NCBI GenBank assembly: GCA_965603725.1
Contig: CBFDEC010000006.1
Location: 5,997-69,996, forward strand
Reading direction: 5' to 3'
From: an uncultured bacterium
GTDB taxonomy: Bacteria > Zixibacteria > MSB-5A5 > UBA10806 > 4484-95
Length of the DNA stretch: 64,000 bases
The first letter of the stretch is position 1; each line of letters begins with the position of its first letter. The notes under the pieces were generated by a model. The model was not told the DNA's origin. It was given only the letters and a program-made list of their open reading frames with translations, and made no database searches. Shown in pieces: positions 8,342 through 16,188 of this stretch. Both the position numbers and the translations under genes were made by a program.

Positions 8342-8372
8342 GTCGGGTTTTAGATCAAGACATAAACCCGAC
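8342..8372 (+). repeat. Hairpin GTCGGGTTT-N13-AAACCCGAC (copy 2) between tRNA-Arg and proS
   Basis: 9-bp perfect stem, 38 nt upstream of the proS ATG. Confidence 0.5.
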
Positions 8373-8409
8373 GTTTACCTTTGATAGATAGACAGGAGCA
8401 GAAATCAAC

Positions 8410-10125
8410 ATGCTTTGGACAAAAACATTTATCCCTACCTTACGTGATGACCCGGCTGATGCTGAAATCGCTTCGCATAAACTTCTGGTACGGGCGGGCT
8501 ACATCAGGAAGCTGACTGCTGGAATATATAACTACTTACCCTTAATGCAGCGAACAATTCATAAAGTCATGAATATAGTCCGTGAGGAAATGGACGCTGC
8601 TGGCGCCATAGAGATCACCATGCCGGTATTGCATCCGGCCGAATTGTGGCAGAAGACCGGTCGCTGGGATACAGTCGGGAAAGAGCAGATGCGTATGAAA
8701 GATCGTCACATGCGCGATATGGTCCTGGGCGGCACTCATGAGGAGGTGGTTACCTGGATCGCCCGCGGCGAAATCAGAAGCTACCGTCAAACGCCGATTA
8801 ATATGTACCAGATTCAGGTAAAGTTCCGTGATGAGATCCGTCCCCGGTTCGGCCTGATAAGGGGACGTGAATTCATTATGAAAGATGCGTACTCATTCGA
8901 TGTAGATGAGGCAGGTCTGAAAGTCGCCTATGAAAAAATGGCGGAAGCGTATTTCAAGGTGTTCAAGCGATGCGGTTGCGAGGTTAAGATAGTCGAATCG
9001 GATGTCGGCGCCATGGGTGGTTTTGGCGCGCACGAGTTCATGGTTCCTGTTGAAACCGGCGGTGGAGAGGAAATAATTCTATCGTGTGATAGATGCAATT
9101 ATGCCGCTAATATAGAAAAAGCCATTTCGTTTCACGATGAAGAACTGGTGACCGAAAAAGAACATAAAAGTAAAGAGATGGTTTTTACCCCCAACATGAA
9201 GACTATTGAGGAAGTCACCGAATACCTTAAATTGCCCCCAGAGAGACTGCTAAAGACTTTGATATATTTAGCTGATGGCAAACCCATAGCGGCGTTAATT
9301 CGCGGTGATCGAAGTATTAATGAAATCAAGCTCTCAAATCATCTTCGCAGCCTCGAACTTGAAATGGCCGACCCTGAAACTATTATGAAACTGACCGGCG
9401 CCCTGGTGGGTTTTTCCGGACCTGTTGGTTTAAGAGGCGTGCACATTATCGCTGATCATGAAATCAGGCAGATGGTTAATTTCGTAGTTGGCGCCAATAA
9501 AGATGACACTCATATTATCAATGTTAACCTTGAAGATTTCCACATTGATGAATATGCTGAGCTCCGCAATGCCGAAGCCGGTGAAAGATGTCCTCGCTGT
9601 GGAACAGGACGTCTCCAGGCGTTTTCCGGCATAGAGGTCGGCAACCTGTTCATGCTGGGTACAAAGTATTCCGAAGCTCTGGATGCGACCTTTGTCGATG
9701 AAAACGGCGACGAGAAACCGTTCGTGATGGGGTCATATGGAATAGGTATAACCCGTACCGCCCAGGCGGCAGTCGAGGCGTACCATGATGACAAAGGGAT
9801 TATCTGGCCAAAAACTATCGCGCCCTACGATTTCCATATCATCCCCTTGAGCATGGACAGCGAAAAGCACAGAGAGATTGCGTTTTCACTTTGCGATGAA
9901 CTTGAGAAGGCTGGTTATTCGGTACTCATCGATGACCGTGACGAGCGTCCCGGCGTCAAGTTCAACGACGCCGACCTGATCGGCATGCCGATACGTATTG
10001 CAATTGGGGACAGGGGGCTTAAAGAAGGCATTATAGAGATAGTCCGACGCAAAGACCTGTCAGTTGAGAAGGTCTCGATTGATATGGCCGCAGAAAAAGC
10101 TATTGAGATTTGGGAGGCGTTGTAA
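8410..10125 (+). CDS. proS: Prolyl-tRNA synthetase (bacterial type, with editing domain)
   Basis: The N-terminus MLWTKTFIPTLRDDPADAEIASHKLLVRAGYIRK is the canonical ProRS start. Class II motifs are present. Length 571 aa. Confidence 0.95.
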   Translation: MLWTKTFIPTLRDDPADAEIASHKLLVRAGYIRKLTAGIYNYLPLMQRTIHKVMNIVREEMDAAGAIEITMPVLHPAELWQKTGRWDTVGKEQMRMKDRHMRDMVLGGTHEEVVTWIARGEIRSYRQTPINMYQIQVKFRDEIRPRFGLIRGREFIMKDAYSFDVDEAGLKVAYEKMAEAYFKVFKRCGCEVKIVESDVGAMGGFGAHEFMVPVETGGGEEIILSCDRCNYAANIEKAISFHDEELVTEKEHKSKEMVFTPNMKTIEEVTEYLKLPPERLLKTLIYLADGKPIAALIRGDRSINEIKLSNHLRSLELEMADPETIMKLTGALVGFSGPVGLRGVHIIADHEIRQMVNFVVGANKDDTHIINVNLEDFHIDEYAELRNAEAGERCPRCGTGRLQAFSGIEVGNLFMLGTKYSEALDATFVDENGDEKPFVMGSYGIGITRTAQAAVEAYHDDKGIIWPKTIAPYDFHIIPLSMDSEKHREIAFSLCDELEKAGYSVLIDDRDERPGVKFNDADLIGMPIRIAIGDRGLKEGIIEIVRRKDLSVEKVSIDMAAEKAIEIWEAL

Positions 10126-10203
10126 AAACAAAATATTTGATATGAGTAACAGTCATAAGTATAATATATTTTTGTTAGAATAAATATTTTAAATGGATTA
10201 AAG

Positions 10204-11202
10204 ATGAAGTATTTCTTTTGCAGGCTAAGTTGGATGGAATTATATCAAGGTTGTTCTTATGATAAGCCAATATATGGCGGGAAATTCCCAGAGGAAGAAG
10301 GATATTGTTTTGAATCATATAATTTTAAACCTTATAGAAATCATCTTTATGGTTTTGTAAAAAGTCGAAATTATAATTCAAATATATCAATTGAAAATTT
10401 AGGAGCACAAAAAAAGGATAATTCCATTAAAGATATTACTGTTGTTTATTTTGCCACAAAACCAAAAACTGGCGGGCAATATATTATTGGATGGTACAAA
10501 AACGCAACCGTATTCAGGCACTTTCAGAAAAATCTACCAAAGAAAACTGGTAGAATATTTCCTAAATGGAACTCTAATGAAGTAATAGGTTATCATATCA
10601 AGGCATCCATAAAAGATGCTATTTTACTTCCTCCTGAGGAGAGGGTTTTTAAAATCTTACATAAATCTGTTGGAGGACCAGGGATTTCCCAGTTGTGGTA
10701 TTGTAATAAAGGTAATAAAGAACAATTAAAGTTTTTAAAGGATGTTGAATATTACATCAAGTATAGAAAGTTGCCGAAATCTATAATATCAAAAAGAAAA
10801 TCTTCAAAAAAAGTACTCCAAGATTATAAAAAGATAAAGGAAACTGAATTAAAAGCAATGAATATTATTAAAGAGTATTATTATTCGTTGGGATATGTTA
10901 TCGATGATGTAAGTAAAGATAATCTTGGCTATGACTTGGAAGCTTATAATGATAACAATTTATTGTATCTTGAAGTAAAAGGATTATCAAGCAATAACCT
11001 TTTTACTGAATTAACTCCAAACCAATTTCAAACAATGAATGATAATAAGGATAATTATAGGATTTGTATTGCAGCAGATATTTCAACAAAAAAACCAATT
11101 ATTTATATATTCAGATATTCTTATGAGAAAGGTTGCTGGATTGACCAGAATAGTAATAAATTGATTATAAAAAGAAAAACTGGTGCTAAGATATGGATTT
11201 AG
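10204..11202 (+). CDS. Hypothetical protein in an AT-rich island; the C-terminal region is PD-(D/E)xK/DUF3883-like (putative nuclease); N-terminal domain unknown
   Basis: The gene and its upstream spacer look about 30% GC against roughly 45-50% in flanking DNA. The C-terminal segment GYDLEAYNDNNLLYLEVKGLSSNNLFTELTPNQFQTMNDNKDNYRICIA fits the D...ExK core and the DUF3883 (NO VEIN C-terminal) pattern G.D...EVK...f.LT.nQ. It is lysine-rich. Confidence 0.5.
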   Translation: MKYFFCRLSWMELYQGCSYDKPIYGGKFPEEEGYCFESYNFKPYRNHLYGFVKSRNYNSNISIENLGAQKKDNSIKDITVVYFATKPKTGGQYIIGWYKNATVFRHFQKNLPKKTGRIFPKWNSNEVIGYHIKASIKDAILLPPEERVFKILHKSVGGPGISQLWYCNKGNKEQLKFLKDVEYYIKYRKLPKSIISKRKSSKKVLQDYKKIKETELKAMNIIKEYYYSLGYVIDDVSKDNLGYDLEAYNDNNLLYLEVKGLSSNNLFTELTPNQFQTMNDNKDNYRICIAADISTKKPIIYIFRYSYEKGCWIDQNSNKLIIKRKTGAKIWI

Positions 11203-11215
11203 AAAATATTTTAAT

Positions 11216-11308
11216 GCGTCAGGATGGAAACCCGCCTAAGGCGGGTGACATATTAACGCTGCGGCGGAGAAACCTTCATGGTGTCGTTCCTTCCATCCTG
11301 AGGGATAT
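11216..11308. repeat. MITE-like structured repeat, copy A (TIR GTCAGGATGGAA ... TTCCATCCTGAG)
   Basis: Shares GCGTCAGGATGGAAA...GCGGCGGAGAAA(C/T)C..TGTCGTTCCTTCCATCCTGAGGGATAT with copy B. The two differ in an internal segment, and this copy has an internal hairpin CCCGCC-TAA-GGCGGG. Confidence 0.7.
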
Positions 11309-11353
11309 GAAATGGGCGTAGGGGTTTGATTAATCAAACCTCTGCAGTTTAGT

Positions 11354-11437
11354 GCGTCAGGATGGAAATGAAATGACATCCTGACGTTGCGGCGGAGAAA
11401 TCCTCAGGATGTCGTTCCTTCCATCCTGAGGGATATA
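11354..11437. repeat. MITE-like structured repeat, copy B
   Basis: Same termini as copy A. It has two internal hairpins with the same arms (GTCAGGATG/CATCCTGAC and CCTCAGGATG/CATCCTGAGG). Confidence 0.7.
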
Positions 11438-11471
11438 AAGACTTTGCAAGTAATAACCGGAAAGGTAAAAG

Positions 11472-12326
11472 ATGAAACTCGGCAATCTTGAATTGATATC
11501 GATACTGGAAAACAGTTTCAAGCTCGATGGCGGGGCAATGTTCGGAATCATCCCCAAAATTATCTGGAGCAGGATGGTTACTGCTGATGAAAACAACCTT
11601 ATTCCTTTAGATATCAATCCGCTTATTATCAAAACCGGCGATGAAATTTTGCTAGTCGATGCCGGTTTCGGCGACATCTTAAACGAAAAGCAAATGAAGA
11701 TATTCGGCATTAGCGGTCCTACTCGCTGGGATCATGAGCTTAGCCAAAATAATATCAAACCAGAGGATATCACCGGTGTAATATTTACTCATCTTCATTC
11801 CGATCACGCTATGGGAGCTTTGAAAAAAGGCGATGACGGCGAACCCGAGCTGCGTTTTCCCAATGCTAAATACTATGTCCATAAGCGTGAATGGCAGGAT
11901 TCTATAAATCCCAATGAGCGCACGGCCGCTACATATTTCAAGAATCATCTGCGGCTGTTTGAACAGTCCGGCAAACTTGAGCTTCTCAATGGCGATACGG
12001 AGCTTTTTCCCAACATTCATATCAAGCATCTTGGTGGTCATACTCCGGGCATGCAGGGAGTCATTATAGATGCAGACGGTCAGCGCGTAATATATCCCGG
12101 TGATTTAATCCCGCTTCAATACAATATCAAAATACCTTATGTCCCGGCTGTTGACCTTGACCCTATCGCCTCGATGAACCAGAAACGCTGGCTTGTTAAA
12201 AAAATGCTGAAAGAGGACTGGATTTTAGCGTTTGACCATGACATCGAGTTTAAATTTGCCAGGTTCAAGATAGATGATAAGGGGAAAGTCATCCCGGTTA
12301 AGATTGATCAAGAATATGTAATGTAA
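11472..12326 (+). CDS. MBL-fold metallo-hydrolase
   Basis: HxHxDH motif (THLHSDHAMGAL) and later His/Asp ligands (HLGGHTPG, DHD). Length 284 aa. Confidence 0.8.
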   Translation: MKLGNLELISILENSFKLDGGAMFGIIPKIIWSRMVTADENNLIPLDINPLIIKTGDEILLVDAGFGDILNEKQMKIFGISGPTRWDHELSQNNIKPEDITGVIFTHLHSDHAMGALKKGDDGEPELRFPNAKYYVHKREWQDSINPNERTAATYFKNHLRLFEQSGKLELLNGDTELFPNIHIKHLGGHTPGMQGVIIDADGQRVIYPGDLIPLQYNIKIPYVPAVDLDPIASMNQKRWLVKKMLKEDWILAFDHDIEFKFARFKIDDKGKVIPVKIDQEYVM

Positions 12327-12382
12327 CATATTAGATGATAAATGTAACATAATGAACGACAAAATAATAACAGGATGATATT

Positions 12383-13933
12383 ATGGATTTAGAAGCAAAA
12401 TTAAAGATGCTGGAGAACATGCGTAAAGCCGCTAAACTTGGCGGCGGCCAGAAAAGAATCGACAGCCAGCATAAAAAGAATAAGCTGACCGCTCGGGAAC
12501 GGATAGATTTTCTCCTTGATGACAATTCATTTGAGGAGTTCGATATGTTCGTCACCCATCGCACAAAAGATTTTGGGCTTGAAAAGGAAAAATATTTCAG
12601 TGATGGCGTTATTACAGGTTATGGTACAATCAATGGACGTCTCGTGTTTGTTTTCAGCCAGGATTTCACCGTTTTCGGCGGCACCTTGTCGGAGGCGTTT
12701 GCCGAAAAAGTCTGCAAGATAATGGATATGGCCGCCAAGGTAGGCGCGCCGGTTATCGGGCTTAACGATTCCGGCGGCGCCCGTATTCAGGAAGGCGTAG
12801 TATCGCTGGGCGGCTATGCTGATATATTTTTAAGAAACACAGTTGTTTCGGGGGTTATACCGCAAATATCGGTAATCCTTGGCCCGTGTGCCGGCGGGGC
12901 TGTTTATTCGCCGGCGATTACAGATTTTACTATAATGGTAAGAGGAACTTCATTCATGTTTGTTACCGGTCCTAACGTAGTCAAGACCGTTACTCATGAG
13001 GATGTAACGCTGGATGAACTTGGCGGAGCAGATATTCATGCCTCAAAATCCGGTGTGGCTCATTTCGCCTGTGAAAATGAGATAGAGGCGCTGCAGATTA
13101 CCCGTAAACTGTACAGTTACATGCCTATGAATAATATGGAAGATCCACCGGTAATTGAATGTACCGATCCTATTGAAAGAACTGATCCTGATTTGAATAT
13201 GATCGTGCCGGAAAATCCCAATAAACCTTATGACATGAAAGATGTGATTACAAAAGTTATCGATGATGGCGACTTTCTGGAGGTCCACACCGATTACGCT
13301 ATGAACATCATTGTCGGTTTCGCCCGCCTGGGTGGCCAACCTGTCGGAATTATTGCCAATCAACCGGCTCATTTGGCAGGTGTGCTTGATATCGACAGTT
13401 CAAATAAAGGTGCCCGGTTTGTTCGGTTCTGCGATTGTTTTAACATACCGCTTGTTACATTTGAGGATGTTCCCGGATTTCTGCCCGGAACCGCCCAGGA
13501 ACACGGCGGCATTATCAAACATGGCGCCAAGCTATTATATGCCTACTGCGAGGCCACAGTGCCGAAGCTCACGGTAATTACACGCAAGGCATACGGCGGC
13601 GCTTATGATGTTATGTCCTCCAAGCATATTCGCGGCGACATAAACTATGCCTGGCCTACCGCTGAGATTGCGGTTATGGGGCCCAAGGGAGCGGCTGAGA
13701 TAATTTTCAAAAAGGAGATATTAAAAGCCGATGATTCGGAGGCATATCTTAAGCAGAAAGAGGAAGAATACCGCGAACTTTTCGCCTCACCGTTTAAAGC
13801 GGCCGAACGCGGTTATATTGATGATATTATTATGCCTGAAAGCACCCGGCCGCGTCTTATAAAAGCCCTGCGTATGCTGGATACCAAAAGGGACACCAAC
13901 CCACCGAAGAAGCACGGGAATATACCGCTGTAG
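12383..13933 (+). CDS. Acyl-CoA carboxylase carboxyltransferase subunit (propionyl-CoA carboxylase beta / methylmalonyl-CoA decarboxylase alpha family)
   Basis: Typical N-terminus ([52 protein letters not shown]). Paired carboxyltransferase N and C domains. Length 516 aa. Confidence 0.9.
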   Translation: MDLEAKLKMLENMRKAAKLGGGQKRIDSQHKKNKLTARERIDFLLDDNSFEEFDMFVTHRTKDFGLEKEKYFSDGVITGYGTINGRLVFVFSQDFTVFGGTLSEAFAEKVCKIMDMAAKVGAPVIGLNDSGGARIQEGVVSLGGYADIFLRNTVVSGVIPQISVILGPCAGGAVYSPAITDFTIMVRGTSFMFVTGPNVVKTVTHEDVTLDELGGADIHASKSGVAHFACENEIEALQITRKLYSYMPMNNMEDPPVIECTDPIERTDPDLNMIVPENPNKPYDMKDVITKVIDDGDFLEVHTDYAMNIIVGFARLGGQPVGIIANQPAHLAGVLDIDSSNKGARFVRFCDCFNIPLVTFEDVPGFLPGTAQEHGGIIKHGAKLLYAYCEATVPKLTVITRKAYGGAYDVMSSKHIRGDINYAWPTAEIAVMGPKGAAEIIFKKEILKADDSEAYLKQKEEEYRELFASPFKAAERGYIDDIIMPESTRPRLIKALRMLDTKRDTNPPKKHGNIPL

Positions 13934-13957
13934 GGTCAGTATAGAGCTAAAGATATT

Positions 13958-13985
13958 TGCAGTCAGAAGTAACTTCTGACTGCAC
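13958..13985. repeat. REP palindrome TGCAGTCAGAAGT-A-ACTTCTGACTGCA (orientation TAA)
   Basis: Perfect 13-bp arms. Belongs to the CAGAAGT(A/T)ACTTCTG family seen five or more times in 13958-15215. Confidence 0.75.
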
Positions 13986-14002
13986 AGAAGAATAAATTAT
14001 TT

Positions 14003-14458
14003 ATGGCATTGTTGAGTATGACTAAGGATAGATATTTAAATTTATTGATTGAATACGGATATATTTATGATAATGATTTCTATAATTGGGTGTTAATAGC
14101 AAATTTAGTATTTGTGATATTTTTTGGATTGATGGGTTACTGGGTATTGGAAAATATCATAGGGTTTATCGCAGGGGTTGGCTTAAGTTTTATATTATGG
14201 CGAAGTGTAAATAAAAAAATATGGTGGTTACGTAAAGAATACTATGTGCCATTTTTATATTCCTACAGATTTACCCAATTTGATAATATTGATATTGATT
14301 TACTGGGGAAGTTTATGCGTGGCCTTTATATGAAAGTAGAGAAAGTGAGCGCCCAAGAAGTTAAGAGCATAATTGAGCAAGGAAATAATGATTCTTCTAT
14401 TCCTTATAATTATGTAAAGAATATCGCAAATAAATATGAAACAAAATATGCTTTATAA
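14003..14458 (+). CDS. Hypothetical small membrane protein (151 aa), AT-rich, bounded by REPs
   Basis: Two predicted TM helices and no recognisable domain. It lies between REP 13958-13985 and REP 14488-14509, which are in opposite orientations. Confidence 0.4.
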   Translation: MALLSMTKDRYLNLLIEYGYIYDNDFYNWVLIANLVFVIFFGLMGYWVLENIIGFIAGVGLSFILWRSVNKKIWWLRKEYYVPFLYSYRFTQFDNIDIDLLGKFMRGLYMKVEKVSAQEVKSIIEQGNNDSSIPYNYVKNIANKYETKYAL

Positions 14459-14487
14459 ATTCTCTGTTTTGTGTCCCAACCTTAAGC

Positions 14488-14509
14488 GGCGCCAGAAGTT
14501 ACTTCTGGC
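14488..14509. repeat. REP palindrome GGCGCCAGAAGT-T-ACTTCTGGC (orientation TTA)
   Basis: Same core as the other REPs; the outer arms differ (GCGCC versus TGCAGT). Confidence 0.75.
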
Positions 14510-14534
14510 TGAACAAGCAGAAATAATTTACAGT

Positions 14535-14559
14535 GGTGTCAGAAGTTACTTCTGACACC
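14535..14559. repeat. REP palindrome GGTGTCAGAAGT-T-ACTTCTGACACC
   Basis: Perfect palindrome, 24 nt upstream of the RAYT start codon. Confidence 0.75.
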
Positions 14560-14582
14560 TGCTAATAAAACATATATTGTAA

Positions 14583-15095
14583 ATGGGAAGACGATACCGA
14601 CAAAATGTTAAAGGTGGATGTTATTTCGTTACGACATCTGTAGCGGGTTTTATTAAAGTTTTCGATGATCCACATTGCTCCAAAATTGTCATAGATTCAT
14701 TGCATTACTGCAAGCAAAAATTTAATTTTACGTTGGATGCTTACGTAATCATGCCTGATCATCTTCATTTAATCCTGACTATAGAAGAAAATTCTAAAAT
14801 TTCAAATATTATGAGAGATTTTAAAAAATATACTTCGGTGGCAGTCAAACGATATTTGTTAGAAGGAAATAATGATAAAATATATTTTCAGTTACTTAAA
14901 CAAGTACCCAGCAGACCTGAAAGATCGTTTAAACTATGGCTGGATAGATTTGATGATGTTGCCATATATTCAGAAAAGGTATACTTGACAAAGTTACAGT
15001 ACATTATTAACAACCCAATAAAAGCTGGTCTTGTTGCGAAACCTGAGGATTGGCAATATCTATATTATGAATCGATGAATTGCAGTCAGAAGTAA
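14583..15095 (+). CDS. REP-associated tyrosine transposase (RAYT / TnpA_REP, IS200-like Y1 HuH family)
   Basis: HuH motif VIMPDHLHLILT. C-terminal block KLQYIINNPIKAGLVAKPEDWQY typical of Y1 transposases and RAYTs. 170 aa. Flanked on both sides by REP palindromes, one of which overlaps its stop codon. Confidence 0.8.
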   Translation: MGRRYRQNVKGGCYFVTTSVAGFIKVFDDPHCSKIVIDSLHYCKQKFNFTLDAYVIMPDHLHLILTIEENSKISNIMRDFKKYTSVAVKRYLLEGNNDKIYFQLLKQVPSRPERSFKLWLDRFDDVAIYSEKVYLTKLQYIINNPIKAGLVAKPEDWQYLYYESMNCSQK

Positions 15096-15108
15096 CTTCT
15101 GACCGCAC
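15081..15108. repeat. REP palindrome TGCAGTCAGAAGT-A-ACTTCTGACCGCA overlapping the RAYT stop codon
   Basis: The core TAA of the palindrome is the RAYT stop codon (..CSQK*). Confidence 0.75.
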
Positions 15109-15140
15109 AAGGATTCTGACTGCACCAGAAGGTTTTAGGT

Positions 15141-15164
15141 GGCGCCAGAAGTTACTTCTGGCGC
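15141..15164. repeat. REP palindrome GGCGCCAGAAGT-T-ACTTCTGGCGC, with half-REP remnants at 15111-15126 and 15201-15215
   Basis: Perfect palindrome. The flanking fragments CTGACTGCACCAGAAG and ATGCTTCTGACTGTA look like degraded copies. Confidence 0.7.
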
Positions 15165-15322
15165 TAAAAGGGAATATGCAGCAGGCAGACCAGGAACTCA
15201 ATGCTTCTGACTGTATAGGAACAAGGACTAATTTCCACCGCATTGAAAGATTTTTTTATTGCCTATTAAATATTTTGTTATATATTTATACTGAGAAGCA
15301 AAAAACGTTGTGAGGTGTATAA

Positions 15323-15796
15323 ATGCAGTTAACTGAGTTTGTGGAGAGAGCTAATAAATCTTTGGATAACTTAATGCAAACGATTGAAGATATACCCCCC
15401 GGAGATATGGTCATCCCTGAGTCGATAGGCAAATGGTCGGTGAAGGATGTTCTCAATCATATCATTGTCTGGGAGGAAGAAGCGGCCAAGGCGTTTGAAA
15501 TATGGAAAATCGGTATCGAGCCCGACTGGCTGCATATAACCGATCTTGATGAATTTAATAATTCCACAGTAGAAAAACAAAGGAGGACGCCTCTATCGAA
15601 AATCATAGATCAACTTCAACTTGTGCATAACGGCGTAATCGAAAACATAAAATCGGTGGCTGATAGTGAGTATAACAGTCGGGGAGGTATTCCCGGGTGG
15701 TTGGAGACTTTACTTACCACGCATATTGATGATCACACAGATAGAATAAAAGCTTTTGAACGCTCCTTACAAGAAGTCAAAAAAAGCTCAGCCTGA
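15323..15796 (+). CDS. DinB_2/DfsB/ClbS-like (DUF1706) four-helix-bundle family protein
   Basis: WSVKDVLNHIIVWEEEA followed by HxxDH (HIDDHTDRI) resembles DUF1706/DinB_2 signatures. 157 aa. Called by recollection, not by search. Confidence 0.45.
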   Translation: MQLTEFVERANKSLDNLMQTIEDIPPGDMVIPESIGKWSVKDVLNHIIVWEEEAAKAFEIWKIGIEPDWLHITDLDEFNNSTVEKQRRTPLSKIIDQLQLVHNGVIENIKSVADSEYNSRGGIPGWLETLLTTHIDDHTDRIKAFERSLQEVKKSSA

Positions 15797-16188
15797 ACGA
15801 TGCTTTTACTTGTTTTTTAAAAGCGACAGGAATGAAAGCTGATTGAAACCGGATTTATTGTCAGGATGATACTGAAGCGCTCAACGCCGACCGAGCTGTT
15901 TATTTAGGCAAGCAGGCAGAGATTTGGCTGATTTTGAAAGATACCAGTCAGCAGTACTGAATAAATTACACGATTGTTGCTTCATGGAGTTTTAGTCACT
16001 ATCTGTTATAGAAACCAATTCTGAAATGGTAGTCTGGTTTTAATCATGGCAGAGGATATTTTCTGCCATTCAAATTTGTTGTTTACAATATCCTTACAAA
16101 TGTATAAATTGCTCAAGTGGTTTAACGCTGAGGGGCTTATGGGTAATATGATTGCAGTTTATAAAAAGGGAAATTGAAATAAGGGAAG

